This document shows, piece by piece, positions 25,446-39,654 of a stretch of 64,000 bases of DNA. This DNA comes from Mobula hypostoma (taxonomy: Eukaryota), in assembly GCF_963921235.1 (NCBI RefSeq), contig NC_086108.1:6758001-6822000 (forward strand). The letters are read 5' to 3'. The notes beneath the pieces are model-generated. The model worked only from the letters and a program-made list of their open reading frames with translations, made no database searches and was not told the DNA's origin. The first letter of the stretch is position 1. Each line of letters starts with the position of its first letter. The position numbers and the translations under genes were made by a program.

Positions 25446-28123
25446 TTTTTTGTTTCAGAAAGTGTGCCTCTATTTTGTGCTTTTCTAATGGTGTATATAT
25501 AAGAATCTGTACTATACAGAGATCAGCAAATCGTTTACAATAAACTAGTTGCTTATATAGTTGTTGAAAATGTGCCTCATTGTTTGTTTCTGCAGTTCAG
25601 TCGGCAATATGAGAACATTTGCATTCGGTTACTACCAAGATCACCAACACTAGTGCTGTTGAATTCTTAATTTAACTAACTTTCCAAAAAAAATCTAATA
25701 TATTAATTTGAGGATGGGTGGTAACAGTTCCAGAGACCATCTGTAGCCCCTGGTGCTGTTCCTGGGCAAGCTATGCCTCAAAAATCTACTTTTTTTTGGC
25801 GTCAAGGAACAGGTGGGTGAATAAAAAGGTGTTGGAAAACTAAATGTAGTTCAAAGGAAGTATTGTAACTAGAATTGTCCTGTTGTTACCTTTAATCTTT
25901 AGCATATAAAAATGTCATGTAATATTGGGTCGAGCAGGCCTTTTCTTCTAAGAGTGTCTCAATATGAGGCCTGTTGCTCGTTTTTGTTGAATACATTCTT
26001 TTATATCCACTAGTTCAGTGTCTCTCTGGTGACATTTTTCACATCACATTATAGGACACTTCTAACACCATACCTGGTGTCATTTAATAACTCTGTAATG
26101 TCAAATTTAAACTTTGCATCTAGGAGTCAGTTTTAATAAATGCAGCTGCCATAGTTGAGGCTAATGTGTAACACTAAGTCTAAAACAGCTAGATGTACGG
26201 GGGAATGGAGGCCGCTTTTGAAGCAACTCATGTCACTTTTTGGGATTAGTTACTTGAAGGCCTCATTTAAAAAAAGCTCTCTTAAATAGTCTCCATTGTC
26301 CTGATGAAGGGTATAGGCCTGAAACATCCACTGTACTCCTTTCTGTAGATGCTGTCTGACCTGCTGAGTTTCTCCAGCGTTTTGTGTGTGTTGCTTGGAT
26401 TTCCAGCATCTGCAGATTTTCTCTTGTTTGTAACTGTAACCTTGACCAATTTCTATAGATGTATTGTACAGTGTATATTGCCTGTACTCAAAAGTGTTGT
26501 GCTAATCACTACCCTACCCTACCATGCCACCACATTTGAAATGTGATACATCATGATTTTGTGCACAATTACCAAGACATTATTTTGGTGTGCCTGCTGT
26601 CTGTATCACTTCTGTTAGGATGTCTTCTAAAAGTAAGTCAAAGGTATCAGATATTTAAGTTTGAAATTTTATCAGAATTTTTGTGGAGCAGTCTCATTGG
26701 GCCAAATGGCCTAATTCTGCCCCTAAGTCATATGGTCTTTAGCTTATTTGGGCCCTTGGCACCCAGTGGAGCATAGGCCATCGATGATCTCCTGTCTCCA
26801 TCGTCCTCTGAAGTCGCTGGTATGGTTGAATTTCATCAATGTTTCTATAGTCCATTGTATCCACTATACAGCTTCACCAGAGCCCTTTTGGCCGGCCTTG
26901 CCCATTTCCACCTCTCACGACAGGGATGTAGGGATGGATTTTAAGAGGCACAATCTTTATCTAATTGACTTAAATTTGTTCTCTTTAAATGACTACAATA
27001 CCAGTGTTACGGTTGGTATTGAAATATCTATTTTGCAGTAGAATATAGTCTTGGGTGAGGGTAAAATGTCCAGAATTGGGGTTGCCGAAGTGTTTAAATT
27101 GGGTGAGCAAGGAAAGGAACAAAGGCTGCAGATGCAAATTTGCAAATACATGGAACTTGTATTTTTGTACTTAAAACTTGGCATCTTGCTAGCAAATATA
27201 ATTTTTGGTCTCTCGAGGGAGAGTAAATGCCTTAAGGCTTGTTAATCTAACTGTTTAAGAGAGCTTTTTTTTAAAATGAGGCCTTCAAGTAACTAATCCC
27301 ATAAAGTGACATGAGCCGCTTCAAAAGCGGCCTCCATTCCCCCGTACATCTGGCTGTCTTAGACTTAGTGATACGCACAAGCTTCAATTATGGCAGCTGC
27401 ATTTATTAAAACTGGCTCTTAGGTGCACACTTTAAATTTGACATTAGAGTTATTAAAATGACACCAAATATTGTCATGACGTGATCAGTGTCACCAAAGA
27501 GACACTGAAGCTGGTGGATATGAAAGTGTTTATTCAAAAAAACGAGCAACAGACCCCATAATTCGACCCCCTGTTGGAGGAAGAGGCCTCCCGACCCATT
27601 GTTACATGACATTTTAGTATGCTAAAGATTAAAGCTAACAGCAGGACAATTCTATAGTTACAATGTATCTACAATACTTCCTTTGAATTGTGTATAGTTT
27701 GCAAACACCTATTTTTGCACCCAGTCTTCAGATATCCACAATGAATGTTAATCAGTATTGCCTGGTTGGCGCTCAACTCCAGTCTACAGCTCCAAGAAGG
27801 CTATTGTTCAAAGCTGGATTTTAAATTTAATTTACAATTCGCATTCATGGCTGGTATTTCAATCAGTATTTGCTGTATACCATTACTCCAGAATATGTCC
27901 TAGCATTCCACAATAAATCTATTTCTACTTGCGGGGGGCGGGGGGGGGGAGTGGGCGGTGGAATTGATGATTTGTCTTCTTCTGCCTTTGCATTAAAACA
28001 TTTAACTGGGTTTTGCTTTATCTCTTCTAGATTTTCATGAGTCATGATTTTTATCCAGCTGTTGAGTTCAAATTTCTTGCACCAATCTCTTACAGTATTC
28101 AACAGGATCCTATCAATATAGAA

Positions 28124-28202
28124 CAGAGGTTCCCAAACTTTTTTATGCCTCTGAGCCTTACATTAACAGAGGGGTCTGTAGGCTCAAGGTTGGGAACCCC
28201 TG
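28124..28202. mobile_element. Approximately 80 bp hAT-like MITE
   Basis: TIRs cagaggttcccaa / ttgggaacccctg. Related copies at about 29865-29928, 33942-34035 and 57016-57064. Confidence 0.65.
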
Positions 28203-29554
28203 ATTTAGGGCAAAGAGGAATTGTCAATGCATTCCTTCCTCCGGCATTGCCATTGCTTTTGTTGAATGGCAAATGGTCGGTGTCATATTACAGTCTAATG
28301 GAGGAATTTATAAACACAAAAGATTCTGCAGATGCTGGAAATCTAAGCAATGCACATGCATGCTGGAGGAACTCAGCAGGTCAGGCAGCATCTATGGAGA
28401 GGAATAAACAGTTGATGTTTTGGGCCAGGACCCTTCAAGAATTTGTTTATTTTAAATATAACTGTACACCAAACAGTCATTTTTCTGTAAGGTGTTATTA
28501 TTATTGCCCATTACATCACTGGCATTTAGACCAGCAATGAAATACAGCGTTCAGGTCTTCCATCATCATGTCAGTAGCTTCCTCTCGGTTTTCACTCCTC
28601 AGTCATGCAAGTCCCGGGTTGAGACTCAGGAATACTGTCACACTCACTTGCAGAAGGATTCTTCATTGTTGTTCTCATAACAGTTTTGTTTGACTAGTCT
28701 GGGTTGTTAGCCCTGAGCTGAACCCCTGAACCTGGAGGACTGATGGACCACTCTTAGTTTGGCCTCTACCCTTTGACCTGTTTGGCATGGGTGACCCTTC
28801 CAAGAGCCCTGACTCCAACCATCAGAGGTCTCTGGGTCATTGAGGTACGCAAGCCTCCAAACCCTACGACAAGGTTGTGGTCCTCTTGGAGGATGTAAGG
28901 TTCATTTATTACCAATGTATGTTTCCATATACAGCTCTGAAATCTGTCTTCTCCAGATAGCCTTGAAATGAAGAAAGAAACATTGAAGTTGTTCAGAGAG
29001 AAACATCAAACTGCCCCTCCACCCCCATCGCACATAAAAGAATGGCACCCTGATCAATACCCCCCCAAAAACCCCTCTGCCACACAATCGGATCAAGAAC
29101 ATCGACCCCTCCCCTCACACATCAAAACTGAAAAGGACCGGATGATTAAAAAAACAGAATATAAGAACTAAGTCTGAAAAAGTCCACAGTCCATAAACAA
29201 TAGTCCAATCCATAAACGCAGAACCATGATACCACCTTATGATATCACTGATATTCATCGAAAGAGATGGACACCACATGAGGCAGAGTGGCCTACTCAC
29301 CTACCACAGCGAGCCACACAGCGATAGGCCGTTCAGAAAATACTTTTTGGCAACGATGAAGAGGAAGGCAGTCAGCACTGAACACCTGCTCATCTTTCAC
29401 ATTCTCCCCTATGTCTCAGTCTTCATTGGTGAATAATGGACATTTTAACTGGCAAATGGAGTCGAACATTGGCTCGCACCCACTCTCAAAGTTTCTTAGC
29501 CTAGAGACCGTCTGAAGACATGTTTGCTTTCAGGAATCTTCTTGGAGACAGCAA

Positions 29555-29662
29555 GGCGCTGTATTCAGGGCCCCAAACAGTACTTCCAAGTGAGGCAACA
29601 CTTCACTTGTGAGTCTGTTGGGGTCATCTATTGCATCCGGTGCTCCCTCCTCTACATGGGTT
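29555..29662 (+). mobile_element. Penelope-like GIY-YIG endonuclease fragment
   Basis: IQGPKQYFQVRQHFTCESVGVIYCIRCSLLYMG, matching the VIY..C...Y(I/M)G pattern. Confidence 0.8.
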
Positions 29663-29971
29663 GTCCTAGAATACTTTATCGTCAATGCAGTGCAGATGTA
29701 CAATATAGGGAACAGACAATTTGCAGGCATTGTGGTCCCAATAAGCAGTGTGATGACTAAATAGTTTATTTTGTGATGTTGCTGAGACAGCAATATAGTC
29801 CTGGACCAGCTACCCTTGATATTTTGCTTCCATTTGTACTTAAATCCAGAGAACACAGCATATTTATCATAACCTGGGCTCCATGGACCCCCCTGTTAAT
29901 GGCATAGAAGAGGTTGGGGAAACCCCTGATCATAACCGTGTAAAGTGTCCAAGGTAACTACATTCTCGTTC

Positions 29972-30745
29972 TGCTGGACCACAAAAATTTTGCTTCCTGA
30001 ATATTTTTGGGTATATCTTACTTATTTGGGATGTTGATCATGAAACTCACCATGAAATTTCCCTATCATGCAACATTTTCTTTTGAAATCACCTTTATTT
30101 GCTAATTTCAATTTATAATTCAAGTCTGAATGACTGATGCCAAGTTTAAGGAAGGCATTTTTGTTGGTTCACAAATCAAATAGGCACTTTGAAGAACTTC
30201 TAGTGGGACCAGAAAAAAATCACATGGAAGGCATTCAAGGATGTTGAAAATTTTCTTGGCAACTACAGAGCATCAAACTATGTGCAGCTGGTTGACAACA
30301 TGCTTTAAGCATACAAAACCATGAAGTGCAACATGTCATAAAGTTTCATTTTCTGCAGCCCCATCTGGACTTCTCTGTCAATCTTGGTGCTGTGACAAGC
30401 ACGGTGAAAGGTTTCACCAGGAGATTGGAGAAATGGTATCAGGACAACTGGAATCCATTAATGCTGGTTGATTATTGTTAGACACTTAAATGAGAAGCCT
30501 CAGACACTGAATACAAATGAAAATCATCAAGAAACATTTCTAGCTTAGTTGAATCATTGCAAAGTGTCAGCACCATTATGCAATTAAGCACATATTCAAA
30601 AAAAGTTAATTTCATGTTTCTCCAAATTCCTATGTGATACAAATAATCTAAAATTATATTTGTGTTCTGCTTCAAGAGTCCATAAACAAAACAAAATCCA
30701 TAAACAAAAAAAAAATCTGAGGAAGCAGCACTTTTGGGGAAAAAA
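29972..30745 (+). mobile_element. Non-autonomous CMC-Chapaev3 DNA transposon remnant
   Basis: Colinear with 16358-17120. HGERFHQ and MLVDYC remnants. Confidence 0.8.
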
Positions 30746-31400
30746 ACTATTACTTAACCCAATCCAAGGCCCCTCCGCCAAAGTTTTGTTGTAAAGATTA
30801 TTTTTAAGTAAGTTTTTTTTTGTGGCTGCCAAAAGTGACATTGTAAATCCCTATTTTCCACAAAATCTGCTCAGGGATTCATATTTCTCCAGTTGCAGAA
30901 TTTTCCTTGTTAGAGATGAGTGAGATCAGGGAGAGTAATTTTATAATGCACATGACTGTTCATTTTTGGCTTTTTTTTAATGGATGTAGCACCACTTGGA
31001 GAGTGTTATTTGGGGGAAACTAGTTCTGACAGTTCATGAATGCGGCTGCTTTTTATATATTGAAGTCCACTTCAGTTAATTTGTATATTAATGTTTCTTG
31101 CTTGTGAGTCATAATTTGGGAATGGGTACTGGTGAGTTTGGTTAAAGGCCAAAGGTGAAAAGTTTAAGGGAGCATGAGGGGAAACGTCTTCACTCAGAAG
31201 ATGGTGAAAGTGTGGAATGAGTTGCTCGTGCAAATGGTGCATGTGTGAGCTTGATTTCACTGTTAAAGTGAAGGGCTATGGTCCTGGCGGAGGTTGATGG
31301 GTTTGAATTGTACAGCATGGACTAGATGGGCCGAAGGACCTGTTTCTGTGTTATACTTTTCTATGACTTACTCTTAATTCTTTGCTTAGGGTCATGAATT

Positions 31401-31591
31401 GCAAGCACAATAAAATCTGTAGATGCTGGAAATCCAAAGCAACACAAACAAACTGTGGACGAACTCAGTAGTTCAGGCAGCATCTATGGAAATGAATAAA
31501 CAGTTGATATTTCGGGCCTTTCATCAGGACAGATATTGGGTACTGATGAAGGGTCTTGGCCCAAAACATTGACTTTGTACTCTTTTGTGTT
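31401..31591. mobile_element. Penelope-like terminal insertion with two opposed degenerate hammerheads and a 10 bp TSD
   Basis: gtcatgaatt at 31391-31400 and 31592-31601. Minus strand core ctgatga-aaggccc-gaaa-tatc; plus strand core ctgatga-agggtcttggccc-aaaa-catt. Confidence 0.75.
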
Positions 31592-32844
31592 GTCATGAAT
31601 TTTCTTTTTTTTTATTGTTTTGAGGATTTGATTAAAGCCCAGGCTCTGACATTATTTGGAGCCATGATGGTCAATTGCTAAACAATTTAAACCGAATCAG
31701 CTCGGTATTTATTTTTAAAGTAGTAGCAATGATGCTTCTCTTATAATGTTAAGATTTAAAAACTTTGCTCTTTAAGATGGAATTGAGTAGTTTTATTATA
31801 GCAATATTGTTTGATGCAAATGCAGGAGAGCTAGTTTAGGATCTTTATGGGTGGTGTCAAGAATTTGCCTTTATGGTGTGTTGTAATTGGCAAAGTTTTA
31901 TTCACTAAGGTATTGTTTCCTATTTCTCATGGTTACTTGGTGACCTTTTCTCACTTGCCCCAAAAAATGATTGTTTACAGTCACTATATTAGATTTATTA
32001 ATCAGTATTTTAACTTGCAAATTGATTCTAACAACCTACCACATTTTTGGCCTGATGTATTTGCAAATTGCTCTCAAAAGTTGAATTGACTTTAAATTCA
32101 GTGACTGATACTGAGAGACTTTCCAATTTGTTCTGCACAAAGGCTGTGGTGTCTGCTAAATGAATTTACAACACTGATGGCAAGGTTCCACAGTCTTCCT
32201 ATGTGTTTTCTTTTGACTTTGTACGTGGAAACCTTTTTTTTAAAAAAAAGGGTTGAATTATTTACCATAGTAAGTTATTAAGTATTGTAGTGTGGGACAT
32301 TACATTCGTCATCTGAATTGTGTAAGAAGTCTACCACTAGTCTTGTTGAATTAAATGGTTGTACAGCAGCTACTTCTGGTATGCCACACCTAGATTACGT
32401 AATACTCACTTCAGAAATTGAGCAGCTTAACCGTATAAGGTAATCTTGTTGAAGCATTACCTGAGGGGAGTGGCTTTTTTGTGAGGGATGGTGTTATCTG
32501 CATAGCTGAATCTTAGGTTGGCTGTGAGATCATCACTGTACTGAAAGGCGACTACTCATATTTTTCCCCCTCAGTCAGATGTTCTACAAAGAAGGCATTG
32601 AAAATGGAAACGCCCTCCTTTGGTTTGTACAGGAATGTGTTGAGAGACATTGATACCGGGCAGTCTATGAGTACACAGTGCTGTGGAATAAATGCCCTGC
32701 CACTTACAAAAGGTTTTTTTTTTGTACAAATGCTTGTCAGTAACTCTGCTTATTTCTTGCATGTAGTCAATGAGCTTGTGTAAATAACTAAGAAGGTGAT
32801 AATTTTTGAGGCAGTGAAATGACATTTGAGCAATGGGGTTATAA

Positions 32845-33415
32845 TTTAAGCATAGAACAGCAGAGCACAGGAGCAGGCCATTCGGCCCACAATGTTGTGC
32901 TGAATCAACTGAAAAGCAAATTAAAAACACCCAAACACTAATCCTTGTCCATATCCCTCCATCTTCCTTAAATCCCAAGGGTCTCTTAAAAGCCTGTATT
33001 GTACTTGCCTCTGCACCATACCAGGCATCCACCACTCTTGAGTAAAATCTTCACCCTCATATATGCCTTGAACCTACCCCCTCTCACCTTTAATATATGC
33101 CATCTGGTACTAGACATTTCTATCCTGGGAAACACATGCTCCCTGTCTATTCTATGTTCTCATAATCTTGTAGACCTCTATCAGATCTCCTCTCAGCCTC
33201 CGCCGCTCCAGAGAAAGCAACCCAAGTTTATCCAGCCTCTCGTGATAGCACAACATTCCCTCTAAGCCAGGCAGCATCCTGGTGAACCTCTTCTGCACCC
33301 TCTCCAAAACCTCAACATCCATCCGATAGTGGATTGACTAGAACTGTGTGCAGTACTCTTGACGTGGCCTAGCCATAGAGTTCTATAAAGCTGCAACATA
33401 ACCTCCTGACTTTAA
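32845..33415 (-). mobile_element. CR1/HER1-like LINE 3' fragment
   Basis: Reverse complement of the 58130-58590 and 7185 copies. Confidence 0.8.
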
Positions 33416-34354
33416 CAATGATTTTTGAACATTCTTCTTGGACCTTGCTTTAAGTGGAATTTCAGCTTGTGTTATTTCTACTGCTCTAGTACAGAGCAGA
33501 AAGAATGAACTTAGGAGCCATCAAGCCCGTCCATTTGAATTGATCTTGATTAATTTGGTTTAAAAATGCAGACTGAGTATTTAAAATGAATGGCGAAGAC
33601 CAAAGACTAGAGTGACAGGAGTAGGGTGATAGTTTAGAAACCACCTATAAAGAATAGGGTATGTGGATTTTTAGAAATTGAAGCATGTTTTTCAGACCAT
33701 TAGACACAAGCAGAATTGAGCCATTTGGTCCAGCAAGTCTGCTCCACTATTCGATTATGGCTGATTTATTATCAATCTCACTCTCCTGCCTTCTCCCCAT
33801 TACCTTTGATGCCCTCACTAATCAAGAACCTATCAATCTTCGCTTTAAATATACCCAATATTTTGGCCTCCTCCATCAACTGTGGCAATGAATTCCACAG
33901 TTTTGCCACCCTCTAAATTCCTCTGCATCTTTATTCTAAAGTATGCATTTCCAACCTTTTATTACGCCGGGGAGCCTTACCATTAACTGAGGGGTCTGCG
34001 GAGGGCCAGAGACTAGACCAGGTTCAGAACCCCTGTTCTAACGGGACATTTGTTCTCCCGGACTTTGGATGCTGGAAGAGGCCTTTTTTTGGTCTTTGCT
34101 CCTTCACCAAAAACTTAATTTGGAGATTCGAGGGTGAAGAAAACTTTATAGGCATGATAGTTGGATGAAGTGTCATTTAAAGCGAAATATTATCAATACA
34201 AGAATGGGCGGGTGTGTTTTTAAGTTTTGTGCCTGGTCTGATATCTTGATATTCAAATACCTTTTTGTCACTTTGTTAAAGACTGATAGTGATGAATTTT
34301 CATCCTTTGCCTGCCCTTTACTGAGGGAGAGTTCCTGAGATATGGGAAGTAATT

Positions 34355-35162
34355 CAAAGTTCAAAGTACATATATTATCAAAATATGTATACGTTATACA
34401 ACCTTGAGGTTCTGCTCCTTACAGGCAGCCGCAAAACAAAGAAACCCAAAAGAACCCATTAAAAGAGACCGTGAAACACCCAGTGTGCGGAGGGTGGGGA
34501 GGGGGGAACAAATCATGCAAACAGCATTCACAATAAAAGTGAGTCTACTGACACAAAGCTCGAGCAGCTCACAGCTTCAGCTTCACTTCAGACATGAGTA
34601 AGTGCCACAGAGCCTGTAGACACAAAGCTCAAGGCAGCTGGAGCAGTGCAAAGTGGAGTAAACGTCGTGGAGCAGCGAGGTGAACTGGCCTGACCCTCAT
34701 CTCTGGTCCCAACACCTTGCCTTTTCAATCCATCTGTCCAAACATCAGCTCATCCCTCACTCTAAGACCTGGGCCCTGTCACATTGGTATGGGACTGGAC
34801 CCCATAGCCGTGTTTTGGTCTGTACCAGATCTTTCCAAATGGTCCGGTGCTTAAATTGATCAAATCTCGCTCTTGGTTTAGGTGGATGGGTCTTGGATTT
34901 GCCTCTCCTTTGCTACGATTTTGCTATGCTGCTCATCTTCGCCTTGAATATGCCTTGACTTCACCCTGACTTAGCCTCGTATGCGCACACTTTGACCCTC
35001 AGCTCAGTCTAGCTTTCACTCGCTCCTTCATTGTTTGCAGTGCTTATTTACCATAATTTTTTTAAACAGAAAAATTGCTACTAATGAAGTAGTTGTATTC
35101 CTTGTATTACTTACTACCAGTAAGTAGTCGCTGGACTACCAGCAGCATCATCTTAAACCGGA
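34355..35162 (-). mobile_element. About 800 bp non-coding retroposon (copy 1)
   Basis: Colinear with 59752-60556. Minus strand runs from ggtttaagatgatgc to a tactttgaactttgaa tail. Confidence 0.65.
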
Positions 35163-37669
35163 AGTCCATGTTTTCAAGGTCTCACTCTGAACTTTCATTG
35201 TCAGAAGAAAATGTTCTGTAACAGGGAAATATTGGTAGGTGAACATACTCTCCAGTGGATGTGTGAAAGTTTCCCAGCCCCCCCCACACACACCCCAGAT
35301 GCTTCAGTCATGATGTTGCCAATGGCTTTTGAGGTTTGGCCTCAGAATCGTTTGCACTTTGCAAAGGTGTTGTTGCACCTTAGTTCTAGAGTGCAGTTTA
35401 TGTTGGTGGAACAGCTTCACGTTGTTTTGGTTCCCTTATTTAGGACAGGATATACTAGCATTAGAGGCAATCCGGAAGGGATTTCAAACAAGAGAAAATC
35501 TACAGATGTTGGAAATCAAAGTAATGCACAGAAAATGCTGGAAGGACTCAGCAGGCCAGTCAGCATCGATGAAAAAGAGCAGTCAACATTTTGGACTGAA
35601 ACCCTTCAGCAGGACACTGATGTCCATCAGAAGGGATTTACTAGGCTCATTCCTAGGATGGGACTGTTACCTTATCCTGAAGAACCTTTGTTTAAAAAAA
35701 AATCTAGAACCATGTTCTTCAGTGTCACCTTTTAGAAGAGTACATGATCTTACATGAAAAGGTAGATTTTAAGTGACTGTGTCTTGAAGGGGAGAAGGAG
35801 CGTTGGGATGGTATTGAGAATCTTGCCGATTAGCACACAAGGCTCAGTGTAATTGGTGGAAGGAATGAGTAGTATCATAAACCATTCGCCGCTCTGACCT
35901 GTTGACCACCAATAACTGAATCTAAGAAGTTTGCAAATCTGTCTTGGCTTCATTAGCTTCTTTTTATATTCCAGGTAACTGGAATGGAAGTAAGTTTTCC
36001 TTACTGCAGGACTGATGGAAGGAAAATGTGCAAATCAGAACCACACATTTTGGCTTTTTATTAGACTCGTGAGAGGCCTGTCTGGCTGACAGAGAGAACC
36101 TTTATTGGAATAATGATGAGCCAGTGCTTTGTTTGAATATTACAGTAAAGATTTTTGTATGCCCCTTACGCAAAATGACTTAAATTTTTCACCTTGATGT
36201 ATTCCGAAACACTATTAAATATATGATTTTAAAATGGTGCTGGTGAATCTCAGTGACTCCTGGCTGATGGCCAATGAAACAAAGAAAACAACTACATACT
36301 TTGTTAATCACTCCTTTTTTCTGGTAAACAATCACCACAAGCAATAGCCTGTAGCTTCCTTTTGGACTTGGAAGCAATTTGATGTGGCAGAACCAATGTG
36401 AGGCGAGGCAGTGGGCCCATCACCAAGAGCAAGGAAGATCCAAGGTTCTATAAGTAAGCGCCAAGCTGAATCAGAGAGGTCAGGTGCAGATCGAATCAAG
36501 GCGGCGGGGTCCAGGCCCCAGAGCGCTTAGAAGTATTTGGTCAATAATTTAAGCACGGGCCATATCGAAAAGGTCGGTGTCTGGGGTTCTTTTGGGATTC
36601 TTGGTTTTGTGGCTAGTAAAGAGACAAATCTCAAGGTTGTATAATGTATACATACTTTGAGAATAAATGTACTTTGAACTTCGAAATAGTTCCTTTAGTA
36701 CTATCCCTGTTGCATTGCCACAATGTTGGTTTCTAAGGCACGTTTTGAATATTGGAATTAACTAGTGCAAAAAGTGCTCTGTAGAAAGCTAACTCAGTGT
36801 GTATTTGTAATCAACAGTTGAATTTCTCCTGAGTTGAAAGTTAAATAGGGCTCAATAGGCCCATTATGACTTCTGCCTTTATTAGAAACATCCAAAGCTA
36901 ATGTATTATATCGTCACAGCTTTGCATTTTCCTCCATTCAACTTTACTAACACTTTTAATTGTCCTCTCCTTAAGATAACTGCTCACTCACATAGTCCAC
37001 GGAGATTTGCATTGCCCTCTAAATACTTGGTTACAACTTTAAATTGGAAACTTTAAAAAAAAGTCTCTTTTGGAAACTTTTGCTTGTCCTGTTCACTAGT
37101 TTAGAATAAACTACCTTTTCCATTGTGAATTTACGGTTTTTTTTCCCTCAGTATATTTTGTTGTTATAAGCTGTGTGAAACTACCCAAAAAAAAGTTCAA
37201 AGATTTATTTATTATCAAAGTATCTATGCAGTATATAACTCTTGAGATTTGTTTTTCTTTGTTTTGTGGCTATCCAGAGAAAGCCATGGCAGTTGTTCAA
37301 AGAAAAACAGCAAGCACACCCCTCGCACAAAAAAGAACAGCAACATGATCGTCAACTCCCAAACATCTCTCTCTCCACACAAAACAAAACAAGAGCATCA
37401 ACCCCCAAACCCCCATCCCCGTACAAAATACAACAAGAACATTAACCCCCACACACCCTCCCCAGCACAAAAATCAACAATTCCTTCAAATACTCCCTTC
37501 AAGAGCATCCTGTGCAGATGGCATTGATGAAGTTAATCGTGTATGGAATTAGTTGTTTTACACTGCTAATACTTGCACATAATGCCTAGCAGTTATGAAA
37601 CTTGCTGTGCTTTCTGAAGAATGTAACTGCACGTTAAGTTTTTAATATTTGAATCCTGCTATTTCTCTC

Positions 37670-37950
37670 AGCACAGTAGTGTTATTGTTAGCAGAAGGCT
37701 TTACAGTATAGACGACCTGGGTTCAATTCCCGCCACTGCCAACAAGGAGTTGGTACATTCTCCTTGTGAATGTGTGGGTCTCCTCCAGGTGCCCTGGTTT
37801 CCTCTCACAGTCCAAAGAACTACCTGTTGGTAGGTTAATTGGCCATTGTAAATTGTCCCACGATTAGGCTAGGATTAAACTGGGGATTGCTGGGCTGTGT
37901 GGTTTGAAGGGTTGGGAGGGCCAATTCTGCACTGCATCTCAATAAATAAT
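37670..37950 (+). mobile_element. HE1-like V-SINE
   Basis: Colinear with 14053-14335; aataa-repeat tail. Confidence 0.8.
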
Positions 37951-38479
37951 TAAATAAGCAATAAATAAATTATATCCAATGCCCCATTAATCTATTCATA
38001 TTAAGTTGAGCGACTATTTGACCATGGCTGTGAAAGGGATCGGTGGAGAGAAATGAATTCTCATTAAGGCATTTCCATTCATTCAGGCAGCTCTAGATAT
38101 GATTGCTGTTTATTTGTAAATAAATTTATCCCCTTCAAAGGGTACCCTGCCATGTTCTTGGCTGCCCGCAGTAGCTAATCCTGACAGGGATTCCATTTAA
38201 CCATGAATGGAAACTGGCTTATTGCCAATAACAATTCACAACTCATTTTCCATACACAAGTGACTGCCTGAGAAACTTGCTAGCCTCCTGAAGCAAAGTG
38301 GCAAATCTAATGAACACTGCTGAAAGGGCAGTTTGGGAAAAAGGCATCCACTTTGCAGAATGGCAGTAACTAACTACATAGCTGATAATTTCAAAGTTTT
38401 GATCAAAAGCCATGTTCCTGAACTTGAATTTTGATTTTCCATAAACTGGATGAGTAGTTAGCAACGCATACAAAATGTT

Positions 38480-39020
38480 TTGAGGCTTTCTAAAGCACTG
38501 GTGAGGCCTCACTTGGAGTATTGTGAGTAGTTTGGGCCCCTTATCTAAGAAAGGATGTGCTGGCACTGGAGAGAGTTCAAAGGAGGTTCACGAAAATTAT
38601 TCTAGGATTGAATAGCTTGTCATATGAAGAGCGTTTGATCGCTGACCTCATTGAAACCTATCGATTGGTGAAAAACCTTGATAGAATGGATGTGGAGGGG
38701 ATGTTTCCTATGGCGAAAGAGTCTAGAACCAGAGGACACAGCCTCAGAATAGAGAGGCGCCCTTTTATCATAGAGATGCAGAGGGATATCTTCAGCCAGA
38801 GAGTGGTGAATCTGTGGAGTTCGTTGCCACAGGCAGCTGTGAAGGCCAAGTCATTGGTATATTTAAGGCAGAGGTTGATAGATTCTTAATTGGGCAGGAC
38901 ATGAAGAGATATGGGGAGAAAGCGGGAGATTGGTCTGAGAGGAAAAGTGGATCAGCCATGATGAAATGGCAGAGCAGGCTCGATGGGCCATATGGTCTAA
39001 TTCTCTTCCTATGGTTTTAA
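38480..39020 (+). mobile_element. CR1 LINE 3' fragment
   Basis: KALVRPHLEYC..., LALERVQRRFTKIILGLNSLSYEERL...SRTRGHSLRI...FSQRVVNLWSSLP. Confidence 0.85.
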
Positions 39021-39654
39021 CTCAGTATCCATTGAAGTGAATAAACATTTTGGGCTGAGCCGCTTCTCCAGGACTGGAGAAGAAGGGGGAAGGTGCCAGA
39101 ATAAAAAGTGGCGGTAGGGAAAGAGGATAGCTAGAAGGTGATAGGTGAGGCCAGGTGGGAGGGAAGGTTCAAGGGCTGGAGAGGAAGGAATCTGATAGGA
39201 GAGGAGTGTGGACCATAGGAGAAAGGGAAGGAGGGGACCCAGGAGGAAGTGATAGATGGGGGAGAAGAAGTGAAAGGTCAGAGTGGGGAATAGAAGAAGA
39301 GCAGAGGGGGAAGGAATTTTGTTTTTACCAGAATGAGAAATCGATCTTTGTGCTATCAGGTTGGAGGCTAACCAGATAGATTATGAAATGTTCCTACACC
39401 CTGAGGAACAATATTTGCTGTTGTATTTTTAATACTTGAAGAGCAGTTATGTGTTACTGTATTTGTAAATTGTCCTTGGTTCTTGTCAAGGATAGTCTGT
39501 AGATTGGGTTATTAGTGCCGGACTGCTGCTTTGCCTGTTTTCTCCATATCCCTCCCTTTAGTCAATAGGAAAGAATGATTGCAGCTACAGCCTTTTATTC
39601 TAATCCAGTAGCCCATGTGAGAATTACTAGAATTTCAAAATTTTTCTTATTTGT

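Noticed and set aside
28037..28540. Long ORFs such as 28037-28540 (167 aa) and 35211-35735 (174 aa)
   Set aside because: They run across unrelated repeats (MITE, antisense Penelope tail, CR1) with no coherent domain, so they are chance ORFs.
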